A stretch of DNA of 64,000 nucleotides from Flavobacteriales bacterium (GTDB taxonomy: Bacteria > Bacteroidota > Bacteroidia > Flavobacteriales > JASBRU01). The position numbers and the translations under genes are program-made. Under the pieces are notes generated by a model that was given only the letters and a program-made list of their open reading frames with translations, ran no database searches and was not told the DNA's origin. The stretch lies in the NCBI GenBank assembly GCA_030149285.1, contig JASBRU010000004.1, forward strand, positions 114,997-178,996. Direction: 5' to 3'. Positions 29,016 through 38,930 of the stretch are shown piece after piece. The first letter of the stretch is position 1, and every line of letters begins with the position of its first letter.

Positions 29016-29720
29016 TTAGGGTGTAATAAACTCTATATTAAATAACGTTGCCAAGTGTTGTTTCAGTTTATCTTTTACTTCATTTATATCTACCTCTTTT
29101 CCTAATTCCCGTTTCATAGAGGTAACATCTTTATCATCTATACCACAAGGAACTATATGGTTAAAATAAGATAAATCCGTATTTACATTAAAAGCAAATC
29201 CATGCATCGTTACCCATCTGCTGGCTTTCATACCTAAAGCACATATTTTACGGGCTGTGGGTTTACCAACATCTAGCCATACACCTGTTTCTTTTTCAGA
29301 ACGCTCGCCTTTTAAACCGTATTCTGCAATGGTCATAATCACTGCTTCTTCAAGGTAACGTAGGTACTTGTGAATATCGGTAAAAAAATGGTCTAAATCA
29401 AATATTGGGTAACCTACTATTTGTCCGGGTCCGTGATAGGTAATATCGCCACCACGGTTTATTTTGTAGTACTGAATGCCTAGTTCTTGCCTTTTATCAG
29501 CATCAATCAGCAAGTTTTCTTCACTACCGCTTTTACCCAAGGTGTATACATGCGGGTGCTCACAAAAAATAAACGTGTGTTTGGGTGGGGTTTGCTGCTC
29601 TAGTGGAAAATGTCTCTCCTCTAATTTCCTATTTACTTCTTTATCAAATAGGTTTTGCTGATAGTCCCAAGCTTCTTGGTAATCTATCAAGCCAATATCT
29701 CTAAGAACTACTTTTTGCAT
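29016..29720 (-). CDS. lipB: lipoyl(octanoyl) transferase
   Basis: CEHPHVYTLGK, RGGDITYHGPGQ, RKICA.G, HGFAFNV, IVPCGI. Confidence 0.95.
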   Translation of the reverse strand: MQKVVLRDIGLIDYQEAWDYQQNLFDKEVNRKLEERHFPLEQQTPPKHTFIFCEHPHVYTLGKSGSEENLLIDADKRQELGIQYYKINRGGDITYHGPGQIVGYPIFDLDHFFTDIHKYLRYLEEAVIMTIAEYGLKGERSEKETGVWLDVGKPTARKICALGMKASRWVTMHGFAFNVNTDLSYFNHIVPCGIDDKDVTSMKRELGKEVDINEVKDKLKQHLATLFNIEFITP

Positions 29721-29758
29721 CGCTCTGCCTCCTCATGGCTATTTTATAGCTGCTCTTC

Positions 29759-30742
29759 TTAAAATTTAGATAGCTCGTCTTTCAGATGTTCAATCACCTT
29801 TATATCTAAAATATCTACCCCGTTTTTCTCTGATAAAAAGTAAGAAGTCCAATCGCCAATGTGTATCAAATACAGTGCTCTTTCAAGCGGGCTATTGCCT
29901 TTACTCCACACTTCGGTAATAGAGTTGGTGTGTTTCTCTATTGTTTCTTTGTTAATCTCAATACGCTTTTGGCTACGCTCAAAGTCTGTTGGGTTTCTAA
30001 AAATCACAACCGATAAGCCTTCTTTGGCACCTGCCCATCCTACCAATTCGTTATGGTTCATTTCTGGTATTACATGATGCCAGCACAACATCTTACTATT
30101 CTCATTTAACTGCTGACGAAAACGAACGGCAACCCCTTCATTACCCGCAACCGAATAGATAACAGGTGTTTTACCAAACAGCGTGTCGGCCAAATTGTTT
30201 GCTTCCAACAATAATGCGGTAGACTCTTTTTCTAATAAAGCTGAGGCTGCTTTTATATCTTTTATATAGGCATCTGATATTACACCATAATGATTTAATA
30301 ATCTGTATAATTGAGTGAGTGAGTACCCCAGCATTGACCTTGGAGGATTGTCTCCGGGTATTACTATATGGTTATAGTTATTTGCTTTTGCCTTATTTAA
30401 CGCTAGTCCGCCTGACGTAATAATGGCAACTTCTGCACCTTTAGCTACTGCCTCTTCCATAGACATAATGGTCTCTTCGGTATTACCCGAATACGAACAA
30501 GCTATTACCAATGTATGCTCTCCTACATAAGCAGGGATTGTATAATTTTTATTGACAACAATAGGTAATGATGCCTCATCAGCGGTTAATTCAGACACAA
30601 TAGTTCCTCCAATACCAGAACCGCCCAAGCCTAAAATTAACACACTATTTATAGGTTTGGTATGCTTTTTTAAGTCAGCTTTAGCACCTATTTCTAATGC
30701 ATGTAATAAATGCTTTGGAAAATCTGCAATAAGTTGTTTCAT
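29759..30742 (-). CDS. bifunctional phosphoglucose/phosphomannose isomerase (SIS)
   Basis: GLGGSGIGG, SYSGNTEET, R...Q.NENSK, PEMNHNE. Confidence 0.9.
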   Translation of the reverse strand: MKQLIADFPKHLLHALEIGAKADLKKHTKPINSVLILGLGGSGIGGTIVSELTADEASLPIVVNKNYTIPAYVGEHTLVIACSYSGNTEETIMSMEEAVAKGAEVAIITSGGLALNKAKANNYNHIVIPGDNPPRSMLGYSLTQLYRLLNHYGVISDAYIKDIKAASALLEKESTALLLEANNLADTLFGKTPVIYSVAGNEGVAVRFRQQLNENSKMLCWHHVIPEMNHNELVGWAGAKEGLSVVIFRNPTDFERSQKRIEINKETIEKHTNSITEVWSKGNSPLERALYLIHIGDWTSYFLSEKNGVDILDIKVIEHLKDELSKF

Positions 30743-30792
30743 AGAAGCTAGCTTTGTGGTGCAAAATACAAATTAAAGCAGCAAAATATCTG

Positions 30793-30800
30793 TATCTTTG
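30793..30800 (+). promoter_or_regulatory. -7 promoter element for lysS
   Basis: TATCTTTG 18 nt upstream of the ATG. Confidence 0.6.
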
Positions 30801-30818
30801 CGCAAATTTTTCTGAATT

Positions 30819-32531
30819 ATGGCAAGAGAATTAAGCGAACAGGAAGTTGTAAGAAGAGATGCGCTACACAAAATGCGCGAAATGGGTATAGAGCCCTACC
30901 CGGCTGCAAAGTACGAGGTAACTGCCTATGCAAAGGAGATAAAGGAAAACTTCTCTGAAGAAAAGAAGAACTACCAAGATGTGACATTAGCAGGTAGAAT
31001 GATGAGCCGCCGTATTATGGGAAAGGCTTCTTTTGCGGAATTAATGGACTCTACAGGTCGTATACAAGTATATTTTAACCGCGATGAGATTTGTACAGGT
31101 GAAGATAAAACCTTGTACAATGATGTGTTTAAAAAGTTGCTTGACATTGGCGACTTCATCGGCATTAGAGGAGAAGTATTTAAAACGCAAGTTGGCGAAA
31201 TCTCAATACTAGTAAAGGAATTCACGGTATTGAGTAAATCTTTGCGCCCTTTACCGGTTGTAAAAACCGATGAAGACGGTAATGTACATGATGCATTTAC
31301 TGACCCTGAAACTCGTTACCGCCAACGTTATGTAGACTTAGTAGTAAACCCAAAAGTAAAAGACATTTTTGTTACTCGTACTAAGGTGGTAGCGTCTATG
31401 CGAGAGATGTTTAACAAAATGGGCTATATGGAAGTAGAAACTCCAATATTACAGCCTATACCGGGTGGTGCCGCTGCGCGTCCGTTTATTACACATCACA
31501 ATGCATTGAACATGCCATTGTACTTACGTATAGCAAACGAATTGTACCTAAAGCGCTTAATTGTAGGTGGTTTTGAAGGTGTATATGAGTTTGCAAAAGA
31601 CTTCCGTAACGAAGGAATGGACCGTACGCACAACCCTGAGTTTACCGTAATGGAAATATATGTAGCCTACAAAGACTACAACTGGATGATGGACTTTACC
31701 GAGGAGATGATTGAAAAAGTGGCGCTTGACGTACATGGTAAAACTACCGTGACTGTAGGTGAAAACGAAATCAATTTCCAACGCCCATTTAAGCGTGTAA
31801 CCATGTACGACTCTATTAAAGAGTTTACAGGTGTAGATATTAGCGGAATGGATGAAACTCAATTGCGTCAGGTTTGTAAAGACCTGAAAATTGAGGTAGA
31901 CGAAACCATGGGTAAAGGCAAACTAATTGATGAAATTTTTGGCGAAAAGTGTGAAGGCAACTACATACAACCAACCTTTATTATAGACTACCCAAAAGAG
32001 ATGTCGCCATTGTGTAAAGCACATCGTGATAACCCTGAATTAACAGAACGTTTTGAGTTGATGGTTAACGGTAAAGAGGTAGCAAATGCTTACTCTGAGT
32101 TAAATGACCCTATTGACCAACGCGAGCGTTTTGAAGAGCAATTAACCTTGTCTGAAAAAGGGGATGATGAAGCGATGTTTATCGATCAGGATTTCTTGAG
32201 AGCGTTGGAATATGGTATGCCTCCTACATCGGGGATGGGTATTGGTATCGACCGATTAGTAATGCTAATGACCAACCAGTCCTCTATACAAGAAGTATTA
32301 TTCTTCCCACAAATGAAGCCCGAAACTACTAAGAAAGCTGTAGAGCTGAATGATGAAGAAAAAGCAGTATTTGGTTTATTGCAAAAAGCAGAAAAGATGG
32401 ACTTAAATGACCTAAAAGAAAAATCGGGCTTGAGCAATAAAAAATGGGATAAAACCATTAAAAAACTAACTGCAAACAAACTGGCTAAAGTGGAAAAAAC
32501 TGATGCCGGTTTAACCGTCGAGTTAGTTTAA
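30819..32531 (+). CDS. lysS: lysine--tRNA ligase (class II)
   Basis: [23 protein letters not shown]...HNPEFT, YGMPPT.G.GIGIDRL. Confidence 0.97.
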   Translation: MARELSEQEVVRRDALHKMREMGIEPYPAAKYEVTAYAKEIKENFSEEKKNYQDVTLAGRMMSRRIMGKASFAELMDSTGRIQVYFNRDEICTGEDKTLYNDVFKKLLDIGDFIGIRGEVFKTQVGEISILVKEFTVLSKSLRPLPVVKTDEDGNVHDAFTDPETRYRQRYVDLVVNPKVKDIFVTRTKVVASMREMFNKMGYMEVETPILQPIPGGAAARPFITHHNALNMPLYLRIANELYLKRLIVGGFEGVYEFAKDFRNEGMDRTHNPEFTVMEIYVAYKDYNWMMDFTEEMIEKVALDVHGKTTVTVGENEINFQRPFKRVTMYDSIKEFTGVDISGMDETQLRQVCKDLKIEVDETMGKGKLIDEIFGEKCEGNYIQPTFIIDYPKEMSPLCKAHRDNPELTERFELMVNGKEVANAYSELNDPIDQRERFEEQLTLSEKGDDEAMFIDQDFLRALEYGMPPTSGMGIGIDRLVMLMTNQSSIQEVLFFPQMKPETTKKAVELNDEEKAVFGLLQKAEKMDLNDLKEKSGLSNKKWDKTIKKLTANKLAKVEKTDAGLTVELV

Positions 32532-32549
32532 TAGACTTTCAATATTATT

Positions 32550-32580
32550 AAAAAAAGGCTGCTAATTGCAGCCTTTTTTT
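32550..32580 (+). terminator. Rho-independent terminator after lysS
   Basis: AAAAAAGGCTGC-TAATT-GCAGCCTTTTTTT. Confidence 0.85.
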
Positions 32581-32590
32581 GTTGCTCAAA

Positions 32591-32615
32591 AATCCAAACT
32601 GATTGTAGCTGCGTA
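32591..32615 (+). promoter_or_regulatory. possible ECF-sigma promoter AATCC-N16-CGTA for the fasciclin gene
   Basis: AATCC aaactgattgtagctg CGTA lies between the lysS terminator and the fasciclin ATG. Confidence 0.45.
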
Positions 32616-32659
32616 AATGTTTGTGTAAATAAAAACATTCACAAACAGACTTTAAAATT

Positions 32660-33217
32660 ATGAAAGCAACAAAAATTACAATCTTATCTCTTGCCCTAGC
32701 AGCATTTAGTTTTTCAAATGCAAAAGCACAAAATGAACCGGTTGTAGGTGGAGAAAAAATGTACCCAAAAAAGAACATTGTAGAAAATGCCGTAAACTCT
32801 AAAGACCACACTACACTAGTAGCTGCTGTAAAAGCTGCCGGTTTGGTAGAAACTTTACAAAGCGAAGGTCCTTTTACAGTATTTGCTCCGGTAAACGATG
32901 CCTTTGAAAACTTGCCTGAAGGTACCGTAGAAACATTATTAAAGCCGGAAAACAAAGCCAAATTATCTGCGGTGCTTACTTACCATGTTGTATCAGGTAA
33001 CTGGGACTCTAAAAGTATAATGAAAGCCATTAAAAAAGGCGATGGAAAAGCAGTTTTAACTACTGTACAAGGTGGCAAACTTACTGCTATGATGAATGGA
33101 ACCAGTAGCATTATGCTAACTGACGAAAACGGAAGAACCTCTAATATAAGCATCTTAGATGTGTACCAGTCTAATGGTGTAATACATGTAATTGATGCGG
33201 TAGTACTGCCTAAATAA
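32660..33217 (+). CDS. fasciclin (FAS1) domain protein
   Basis: TTLVAAV.AAGL..TL...GPFTVFAP.N.AF, L.YHVV, SNGVIHVID.V. Confidence 0.94.
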   Translation: MKATKITILSLALAAFSFSNAKAQNEPVVGGEKMYPKKNIVENAVNSKDHTTLVAAVKAAGLVETLQSEGPFTVFAPVNDAFENLPEGTVETLLKPENKAKLSAVLTYHVVSGNWDSKSIMKAIKKGDGKAVLTTVQGGKLTAMMNGTSSIMLTDENGRTSNISILDVYQSNGVIHVIDAVVLPK

Positions 33218-33248
33218 TGGTTAGTTAGGTTAGTGTTTAAGTTGATTG

Positions 33249-33277
33249 AAAAAGCCCGCTAATAGCGGGCTTTTTTT
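33249..33277. terminator. bidirectional Rho-independent terminator
   Basis: AAAAAGCCCGCT-AAT-AGCGGGCTTTTTTT between convergent genes. Confidence 0.85.
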
Positions 33278-34091
33278 ATTCTACTTTTTTAAAGTTTACT
33301 ACAAAGCCCTTCTCCCCAGCAGATACATATACTTTCAGCTCTGTAGCACTTAACCATTCATATACTATCTTTTGCGGAAAATCGTGCTCGGGGTTTTCAA
33401 AAACCCACTTATTCTCTTGGAAACTAGTCAGCTTAAATTTTACAGGTCCTGAATTGTGATTTACAGTAGCTTCATAATACCATTCGTCTCCTTCATTTAT
33501 AAAGCGCAACTCTTCTGTTAGCACCTCTTTTCCATTTACAACTTTATAGCCTCTTCCTTTAAAATCAAAAATTGTTTTTCCGTTTTCATCTATTTCATAT
33601 CCCCACTCTTCATAAGTTCCGGGTCTTTTGGTATTTTCCCAAACCCCCTTTAGTTTCTTCTCATTTAAGGTTCTTTTATAAACCCCACTAAAAGAACAAA
33701 AATTATTATCCCCAGAGTCATTATCTACAATAACAACCTCATCTTTTCCGAACTTAAACATCAGTGTATTTTGCTTCCGCCTTCCTTCTCCATAAAGAAC
33801 ATACTTGCCTGTGCTATCATTAATCATCTCGATCTCTGGTTGATTTATTGTAATTGCAGGCGAACAAGTTCTATTGCAATTACTATTGATAAGTAACAAA
33901 CGTGTTTCAGAGTATAATTCTATTATTTCTAACACCCCATAGCCAATCTCTCCTGATGAGCCTGGGCAATCTATGCTAAAAGTATAAAGCCCTGCCTTTT
34001 GTGCTGAAGCAAAAAAACTAAAAAGGCTTAAAAAAAGTAGGGTAACTACTTTATAAGTGTTGAACGTCGGGATCGTTTTTTCCATGTACAA
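33276..34091 (-). CDS. secreted protein with C-terminal DUF6265-like domain
   Basis: C-terminal half G.W...YEEW...E.L....Y.A.V....PV.F.L....FENP.HDFPQ.I.Y; unrelated Cys-containing N-terminal half. Confidence 0.7.
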   Translation of the reverse strand: MYMEKTIPTFNTYKVVTLLFLSLFSFFASAQKAGLYTFSIDCPGSSGEIGYGVLEIIELYSETRLLLINSNCNRTCSPAITINQPEIEMINDSTGKYVLYGEGRRKQNTLMFKFGKDEVVIVDNDSGDNNFCSFSGVYKRTLNEKKLKGVWENTKRPGTYEEWGYEIDENGKTIFDFKGRGYKVVNGKEVLTEELRFINEGDEWYYEATVNHNSGPVKFKLTSFQENKWVFENPEHDFPQKIVYEWLSATELKVYVSAGEKGFVVNFKKVE

Positions 34092-34341
34092 ACCAAATTA
34101 ATAAGGAGGCCATTGGCCAAGCTAGTAATAAAAAGGCAGTCCATATGTATTTGGTTTCCTTGCTTATCTGTTTTCTAAGGAAAAGAGACCCTACGGCAAC
34201 TGCAAAAGCTAAAGTAAGAAATAATAAAGCCGATGTAACCATAGTTGATGAAACAGATAATGGGCTATGGATATAATTGAATAATACGTAATAAGAAAAG
34301 AGTGTAGCAGCTATACAAAAGCCAAATTTTAAAAATCGCAT
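34051..34341 (-). CDS. hypothetical membrane protein (3 TM, PLDc_N-like end)
   Basis: Hydrophobic 96-aa ORF ending K.IW...LL..P....L.W...GK. Confidence 0.6.
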   Translation of the reverse strand: MRFLKFGFCIAATLFSYYVLFNYIHSPLSVSSTMVTSALLFLTLAFAVAVGSLFLRKQISKETKYIWTAFLLLAWPMASLLIWFVHGKNDPDVQHL

Positions 34342-34417
34342 AAATGAGTTTTTAGTTCGTTTTTATACAATTTTCAACGAAAAAAAGGAGTTTTTGTTCA
34401 AAAAAAGCCTTTTTAAG

Positions 34418-35074
34418 CTATTTTTTAGCAAAAATTACAGAATTAATACTGCTTGGTTTTAAGGTTTTAATATTGCTAAATATTGCCTCGCTTGCAAAGT
34501 ATATCTCTTCGAACTGTGTTTTTTGGGTTTGGGTTTTAGTAACCACATTAAACAACATCGCCCCTTTATCAGAAAGCCTCGTAGTTACATTCTCTAAAAA
34601 CTCTTTAGAGGCAATGTCTTGTGGCACATCTAAACCCACAAAAACATCTACTATTATTAAATCAAACTGCTGGTCGGTTTCTTTTAAAAAAGTGATAGCA
34701 TCGGTAACAAATAACTTTAACTTTTGAAAGCGCGCTATATTGAAATAGCTATTGCCTAAATCTAATACCTTACTATCTAGCTCTACACCTCGTATCTTAC
34801 ATTTAATGTTACACTCTTCTTGTAAGATAGACGCTACGCTTCCTACTCCAAAACCTAATATCAATACATTATTAGGAGGAGTATCAGCAATATTAATATC
34901 TTTAAATACCTTTTGGAAAACCGTATGTAGTGTGCCGTAAGAGTAGTTTGAGTTTGGCGAGTGCAAAACCAATTTACCTGCCTCCATTACTACTTCTAAT
35001 TTACCGGAAACTGTGCTCTCTACAACAGCAACTTTTACAGGGTATAAATAGCTTAAAAGCTTTTTAAAGTTCAT
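34418..35074 (-). CDS. spermidine synthase-like SAM-dependent methyltransferase
   Basis: NYSYG.L, VLILGFGVGS, VELD, DA..F, FDLIIVD.F. Confidence 0.85.
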   Translation of the reverse strand: MNFKKLLSYLYPVKVAVVESTVSGKLEVVMEAGKLVLHSPNSNYSYGTLHTVFQKVFKDINIADTPPNNVLILGFGVGSVASILQEECNIKCKIRGVELDSKVLDLGNSYFNIARFQKLKLFVTDAITFLKETDQQFDLIIVDVFVGLDVPQDIASKEFLENVTTRLSDKGAMLFNVVTKTQTQKTQFEEIYFASEAIFSNIKTLKPSSINSVIFAKK

Positions 35075-35081
35075 TAATTTA

Positions 35082-37163
35082 CTAGTAGCTCAATAGCTCT
35101 TCTATTTTATCGGCAACCTTATCGGCATTAGGTATCATGGTTTGCTCTAAGGTTGAATTTAAAGGTATTGCCGGTAAATTCTCAGACCCGATAACCATTA
35201 CAGGAGCATCTAATTTGGTAAAACACGCTTGTTGTATGCGACCCGCTATTGCTTGTGCAAACGAATTGTTTACAGGCTCTTCGGTAACCACCAAACACTT
35301 GCTGTGTTTGCTTACAGAGCTTATTATTAATTCTTCATCTAAAGGCACAAGAGTTCTCAAGTCAATCACCTCTACTTTACCAGGGAATTTCTTAGCTGCA
35401 TTTTTAGCCCAATACACACCCATACCATAGGTAATAACTGTGATGGTTTCCCCTTTATCCACTTTGGCTTCATCAGCTTCTAAGGCTATTCTTCCTTTAC
35501 CAAACGGGATTACATAGTCTTCATCCGGCTCAATGGTTTTAGCGTCTTCAGTCCCTTTTATCTTACTCCAATAAAGCCCTTTGTGTTCTAACATTACAAC
35601 TGGATTAGGATCATAATAAGCCGACTTCATCAAGCCTTTTAAATCTGCCCCGGTAGATGGATATGCAATCTTTATCCCTCTAATATTTGTGAGTACAGAC
35701 TCTACGCTTGAAGAGTGGTAAGGTCCGCCGCTACCATAAGCACCTATTGGCACTCTTAATACGGCACTTACTGGCCACTTACCATTAGACAAATAGTAAG
35801 ATCGGCTAACCTCAGTAAACAATTGGTTCAAGCCCGGCCATATATAGTCTGCAAACTGTACCTCTACAAACGGCTTTAAACCTACAGCACTCATCCCTAC
35901 AGTACTACCAATAATAAAGGCTTCTTGTATTGGGGTGTTGAATACGCGGTCATCGCCAAATTTTTGTGCAAGTGTAGCTGCTTCTCTAAATACACCACCT
36001 AATCTACCACCAACATCTTGACCATATAACAATGCCTCCGGGTGCTTGCGCATAATTTCTTGTATGGCAAACAATGCCGAGTCTACCATTACGGTTTTCT
36101 CTTTCCCTTTTGGCTCACGTACCCCTTTTTCTTCTGTAATTGGAGTAGGTGCAAAATCGTAATCAAATAAATCTTCCGGTCTCGGGTCTTCTGCTTTTAA
36201 AGCTCTTTCATAGTCTGCCTGTACTCTCTTTGCTGCTTCTTCAGCAATTGTATCTAATTCATCAGCACCAATACCTTGCTCTTCTAAATCTTTTCTAAAT
36301 CTTGGGTAAGGATCTCTTGTAGCATGCTCTTCCAAATCATCTCTATACCACTCTTTACGAACACCCGATGTATGATGCCCTAACAAAGGCACTTTGGCAT
36401 GTACCAAAAATGGGCGGCGCTCTTTACGAATAAGCGCAATCACTTCTTCCAAGGTATTGTAAGATTCATAAAAATCTGCACCATCAATACTTCTTACTTC
36501 AATACCTTTAAACCCTTTGGCATAATGTGCTGCATCCTGTGCTCTTGTTTCTTTAGCATTTGCAGAGATATCCCACTCATTGTCTTGTACTAAATATAAT
36601 ATGGGGAACTGCTTTAAAGCAGCCATTTGCATAGCCTCTGCAATTTCTCCCTCTGTCATAGCGGCATCTCCAATAGAACAAACTACTACAGGGTTTTCTC
36701 CTTTGTAGTCATCCGCTAAATTTTGTTTCTCTTTATACTGAACCCCCATTGCAACCCCTGTTGTTGGGATAGCTTGCATACCTGTAGCCGATGATTGGTG
36801 TGGTATTTTGGGCTTGTCATCTTCATTTAAACTTGGGTGACTGTAATAAGTTCTACCACCCGAAAAAGGGTCGTCTCTTTTTGCTAATAACTGCAACATA
36901 CAGTCATAAGGCGTCATCCCAATTGATAGTAAAATAGAATCGTCTCTGTAGTAAGGAGCAACCCAGTCTTGAGGCTTTAATTGCATACCTAAAGCTATTT
37001 GTATTGCCTCATGCCCACGCGAAGCAGCATGAACATACTTGCTGGTTACGGCTGCATTCTCTTCATAAAGCTCTGCCATAGACTTAGCAGTACTCATTAG
37101 TTCAAACGCCTTTAGTAATACTTCTTCCGATATTTTTCCCTCTTTCTTAGTTGCCGTTGCCAT
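35082..37163 (-). CDS. 2-oxoacid dehydrogenase E1, fused alpha/beta subunits
   Basis: GHEA.Q, YYRD, TPP motif GDAAMTEG..N, HTSG; beta part FNTPIQEA, EVQFADY, GPYHS, EHK.LY. Confidence 0.92.
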   Translation of the reverse strand: MATATKKEGKISEEVLLKAFELMSTAKSMAELYEENAAVTSKYVHAASRGHEAIQIALGMQLKPQDWVAPYYRDDSILLSIGMTPYDCMLQLLAKRDDPFSGGRTYYSHPSLNEDDKPKIPHQSSATGMQAIPTTGVAMGVQYKEKQNLADDYKGENPVVVCSIGDAAMTEGEIAEAMQMAALKQFPILYLVQDNEWDISANAKETRAQDAAHYAKGFKGIEVRSIDGADFYESYNTLEEVIALIRKERRPFLVHAKVPLLGHHTSGVRKEWYRDDLEEHATRDPYPRFRKDLEEQGIGADELDTIAEEAAKRVQADYERALKAEDPRPEDLFDYDFAPTPITEEKGVREPKGKEKTVMVDSALFAIQEIMRKHPEALLYGQDVGGRLGGVFREAATLAQKFGDDRVFNTPIQEAFIIGSTVGMSAVGLKPFVEVQFADYIWPGLNQLFTEVSRSYYLSNGKWPVSAVLRVPIGAYGSGGPYHSSSVESVLTNIRGIKIAYPSTGADLKGLMKSAYYDPNPVVMLEHKGLYWSKIKGTEDAKTIEPDEDYVIPFGKGRIALEADEAKVDKGETITVITYGMGVYWAKNAAKKFPGKVEVIDLRTLVPLDEELIISSVSKHSKCLVVTEEPVNNSFAQAIAGRIQQACFTKLDAPVMVIGSENLPAIPLNSTLEQTMIPNADKVADKIEELLSY

Positions 37164-37256
37164 AGAACTCTATTTTATACATGCAAATATCGGAAAAACC
37201 ATTGAATTGATTACTTTGGTGAGCATTAACCCCACATAATTTAAAACATTAGCACA

Positions 37257-37922
37257 ATGAGTTATTTTAATGAAGATTTTATGCAGTTTTTTAAAGATTT
37301 GGCTGCTAATAATCACAAAGATTGGTTTGATGCCAATAGAAAACGTTACGAAACAACCGTAAAAGAACCTTTCAAGTCTTTTGTAGGTGAGATGATAAAC
37401 CATGTACAAAAAGTTGACCCTGAAGTGCAAATTGAACCTAAGGATGCAATTTTTAGAATCAATAGAGATATTCGTTTTTCTAAAGATAAAACACCTTATA
37501 AAACCAATGTTTCTGCGGTGATTACTCCTGGCGGAAGAAAAGATAAAACTACTCCGGGTTTGTATTTTGAGTTGAACCCGGAAAATATTCGCGTTTATAC
37601 CGGATTATATATGTTAGATACTCAGCAATTACAAAAAGTGCGCACTTATATAGCTTCTAATTTGGCTGAATTCGGAAAAATCATCAATGAAAAACAATTT
37701 AAAGAGCGTTTTGGAGAAATTTTAGGTGAAAAGCACAAACGTGTACCAAAAGAGTTTCAAGATGCTTATGAAAAACAGCCTTTAATTGCCAACAAGGCTT
37801 TTTATTGTTTTGCTAAGCTAGACCCCGATGAAGTTTTAAGAGACGATTTCCCGGATTTAATAATGGACTACTACAAAACTGCACTCCCATTAAAAAACTA
37901 CTTAACAAAAGCTTTAGGCTAA
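37257..37922 (+). CDS. DUF2461 (TIGR02453) family protein
   Basis: F...L..NN.K.WF..N, FRINRDIRFSKDKTPYK. Confidence 0.92.
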   Translation: MSYFNEDFMQFFKDLAANNHKDWFDANRKRYETTVKEPFKSFVGEMINHVQKVDPEVQIEPKDAIFRINRDIRFSKDKTPYKTNVSAVITPGGRKDKTTPGLYFELNPENIRVYTGLYMLDTQQLQKVRTYIASNLAEFGKIINEKQFKERFGEILGEKHKRVPKEFQDAYEKQPLIANKAFYCFAKLDPDEVLRDDFPDLIMDYYKTALPLKNYLTKALG

Positions 37923-37924
37923 AT

Positions 37925-37951
37925 AAAAAAAGGGGCAATAAGCCCCTTTTT
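37925..37951. terminator. bidirectional Rho-independent terminator
   Basis: AAAAAAAGGGGC-AATAA-GCCCCTTTTT between convergent genes. Confidence 0.8.
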
Positions 37952-37971
37952 CTATTCTCTTACTAATATGT

Positions 37972-38910
37972 TTATAGCCCAAACTTATAAGCAATGCCTA
38001 CGCCTAATACTTGTTTAAACTGAGTTCTTGGTGCTGTTCTATCAATAATGCCATCGCCATTATCATCTATATCGGCTTCAATATCATCATCGTAAATTAG
38101 GTGGGTAGTAAACGTAACATTCAAAAACTTATTCACCTTCATGGTAATTAAAGTTTGCCAGTTTACATCTATTAAATCAGGGTTTTCGTAGTTAGAGTAT
38201 AAATCAAGCTTGGTATTAAAATCCACATTCTTCATAATAGTTCTCTTATAAGAGAACTTAAAATAAGCACCCGCCTCAATACGAATATTTTCTCCTGATA
38301 TTACTATTTGCCCTGCTCCATTTAGCACGGCTCCTTCAACACCATAAGCTCCTGCATTTGCCAAGTCTTGATCATTAACAATTGTTACTTTTCCGGTTAT
38401 TGGAGATATAAATATTGATGTGTTTTTGGTAGGCTTATAGTCCATACCAATACCTCCCGAAAAATACGCAGGGGCTAAAAAACGAGAAATCACAGTCCCT
38501 TCTGCCGGATCCTCCCCAACATCAAATTGCGTACGGAAATTTAAAAATGCAGAGTAGTTCCAGTGCTCAGACGCTTTGCGTCCGTATTTAGAGTCTAGCT
38601 CTATTCTATCATCTGTTTTTATCAAATCATCGCTTCCCAGCTTACTTAAACCATAAGCCAAGTCTAGGGTATTTTCCCATGATGTTTTTCCTTTTTTGTA
38701 ATTGGCGTATAAAGACAGTATTCCGTTACCGGAAATTGCGTCTTGTCCACCACCTTGCCAGTTAGACAATGATACTTGAGAGAAGGTAATACCTATTGTC
38801 CCTCCCCTTTTCCAGGCTGTGTCTTTTGCTGCTGTTGCAGTAGAATCTTGTTGAGCATTTGCACTTGCAAAAAAGCCTACACAAACCAATAATAGTAGCG
38901 TTTTTTTCAT
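37972..38910 (-). CDS. DUF3078 outer-membrane beta-barrel protein
   Basis: W..GG....F.Q..LSNW..GG, K.DD......KYG, F.TQF..G, F.AP.Y...G.G, W...I.MKVN; aromatic C-terminus. Confidence 0.88.
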   Translation of the reverse strand: MKKTLLLLVCVGFFASANAQQDSTATAAKDTAWKRGGTIGITFSQVSLSNWQGGGQDAISGNGILSLYANYKKGKTSWENTLDLAYGLSKLGSDDLIKTDDRIELDSKYGRKASEHWNYSAFLNFRTQFDVGEDPAEGTVISRFLAPAYFSGGIGMDYKPTKNTSIFISPITGKVTIVNDQDLANAGAYGVEGAVLNGAGQIVISGENIRIEAGAYFKFSYKRTIMKNVDFNTKLDLYSNYENPDLIDVNWQTLITMKVNKFLNVTFTTHLIYDDDIEADIDDNGDGIIDRTAPRTQFKQVLGVGIAYKFGL

Positions 38911-38930
38911 AGTGTTTCGGTTTTTAATTT

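Noticed and set aside
29759-30742. Archaeal-type PGI/PMI as a horizontal-transfer novelty
   Set aside because: This family is already known from various bacteria, and the gene sits in an ordinary core context with host-like composition.
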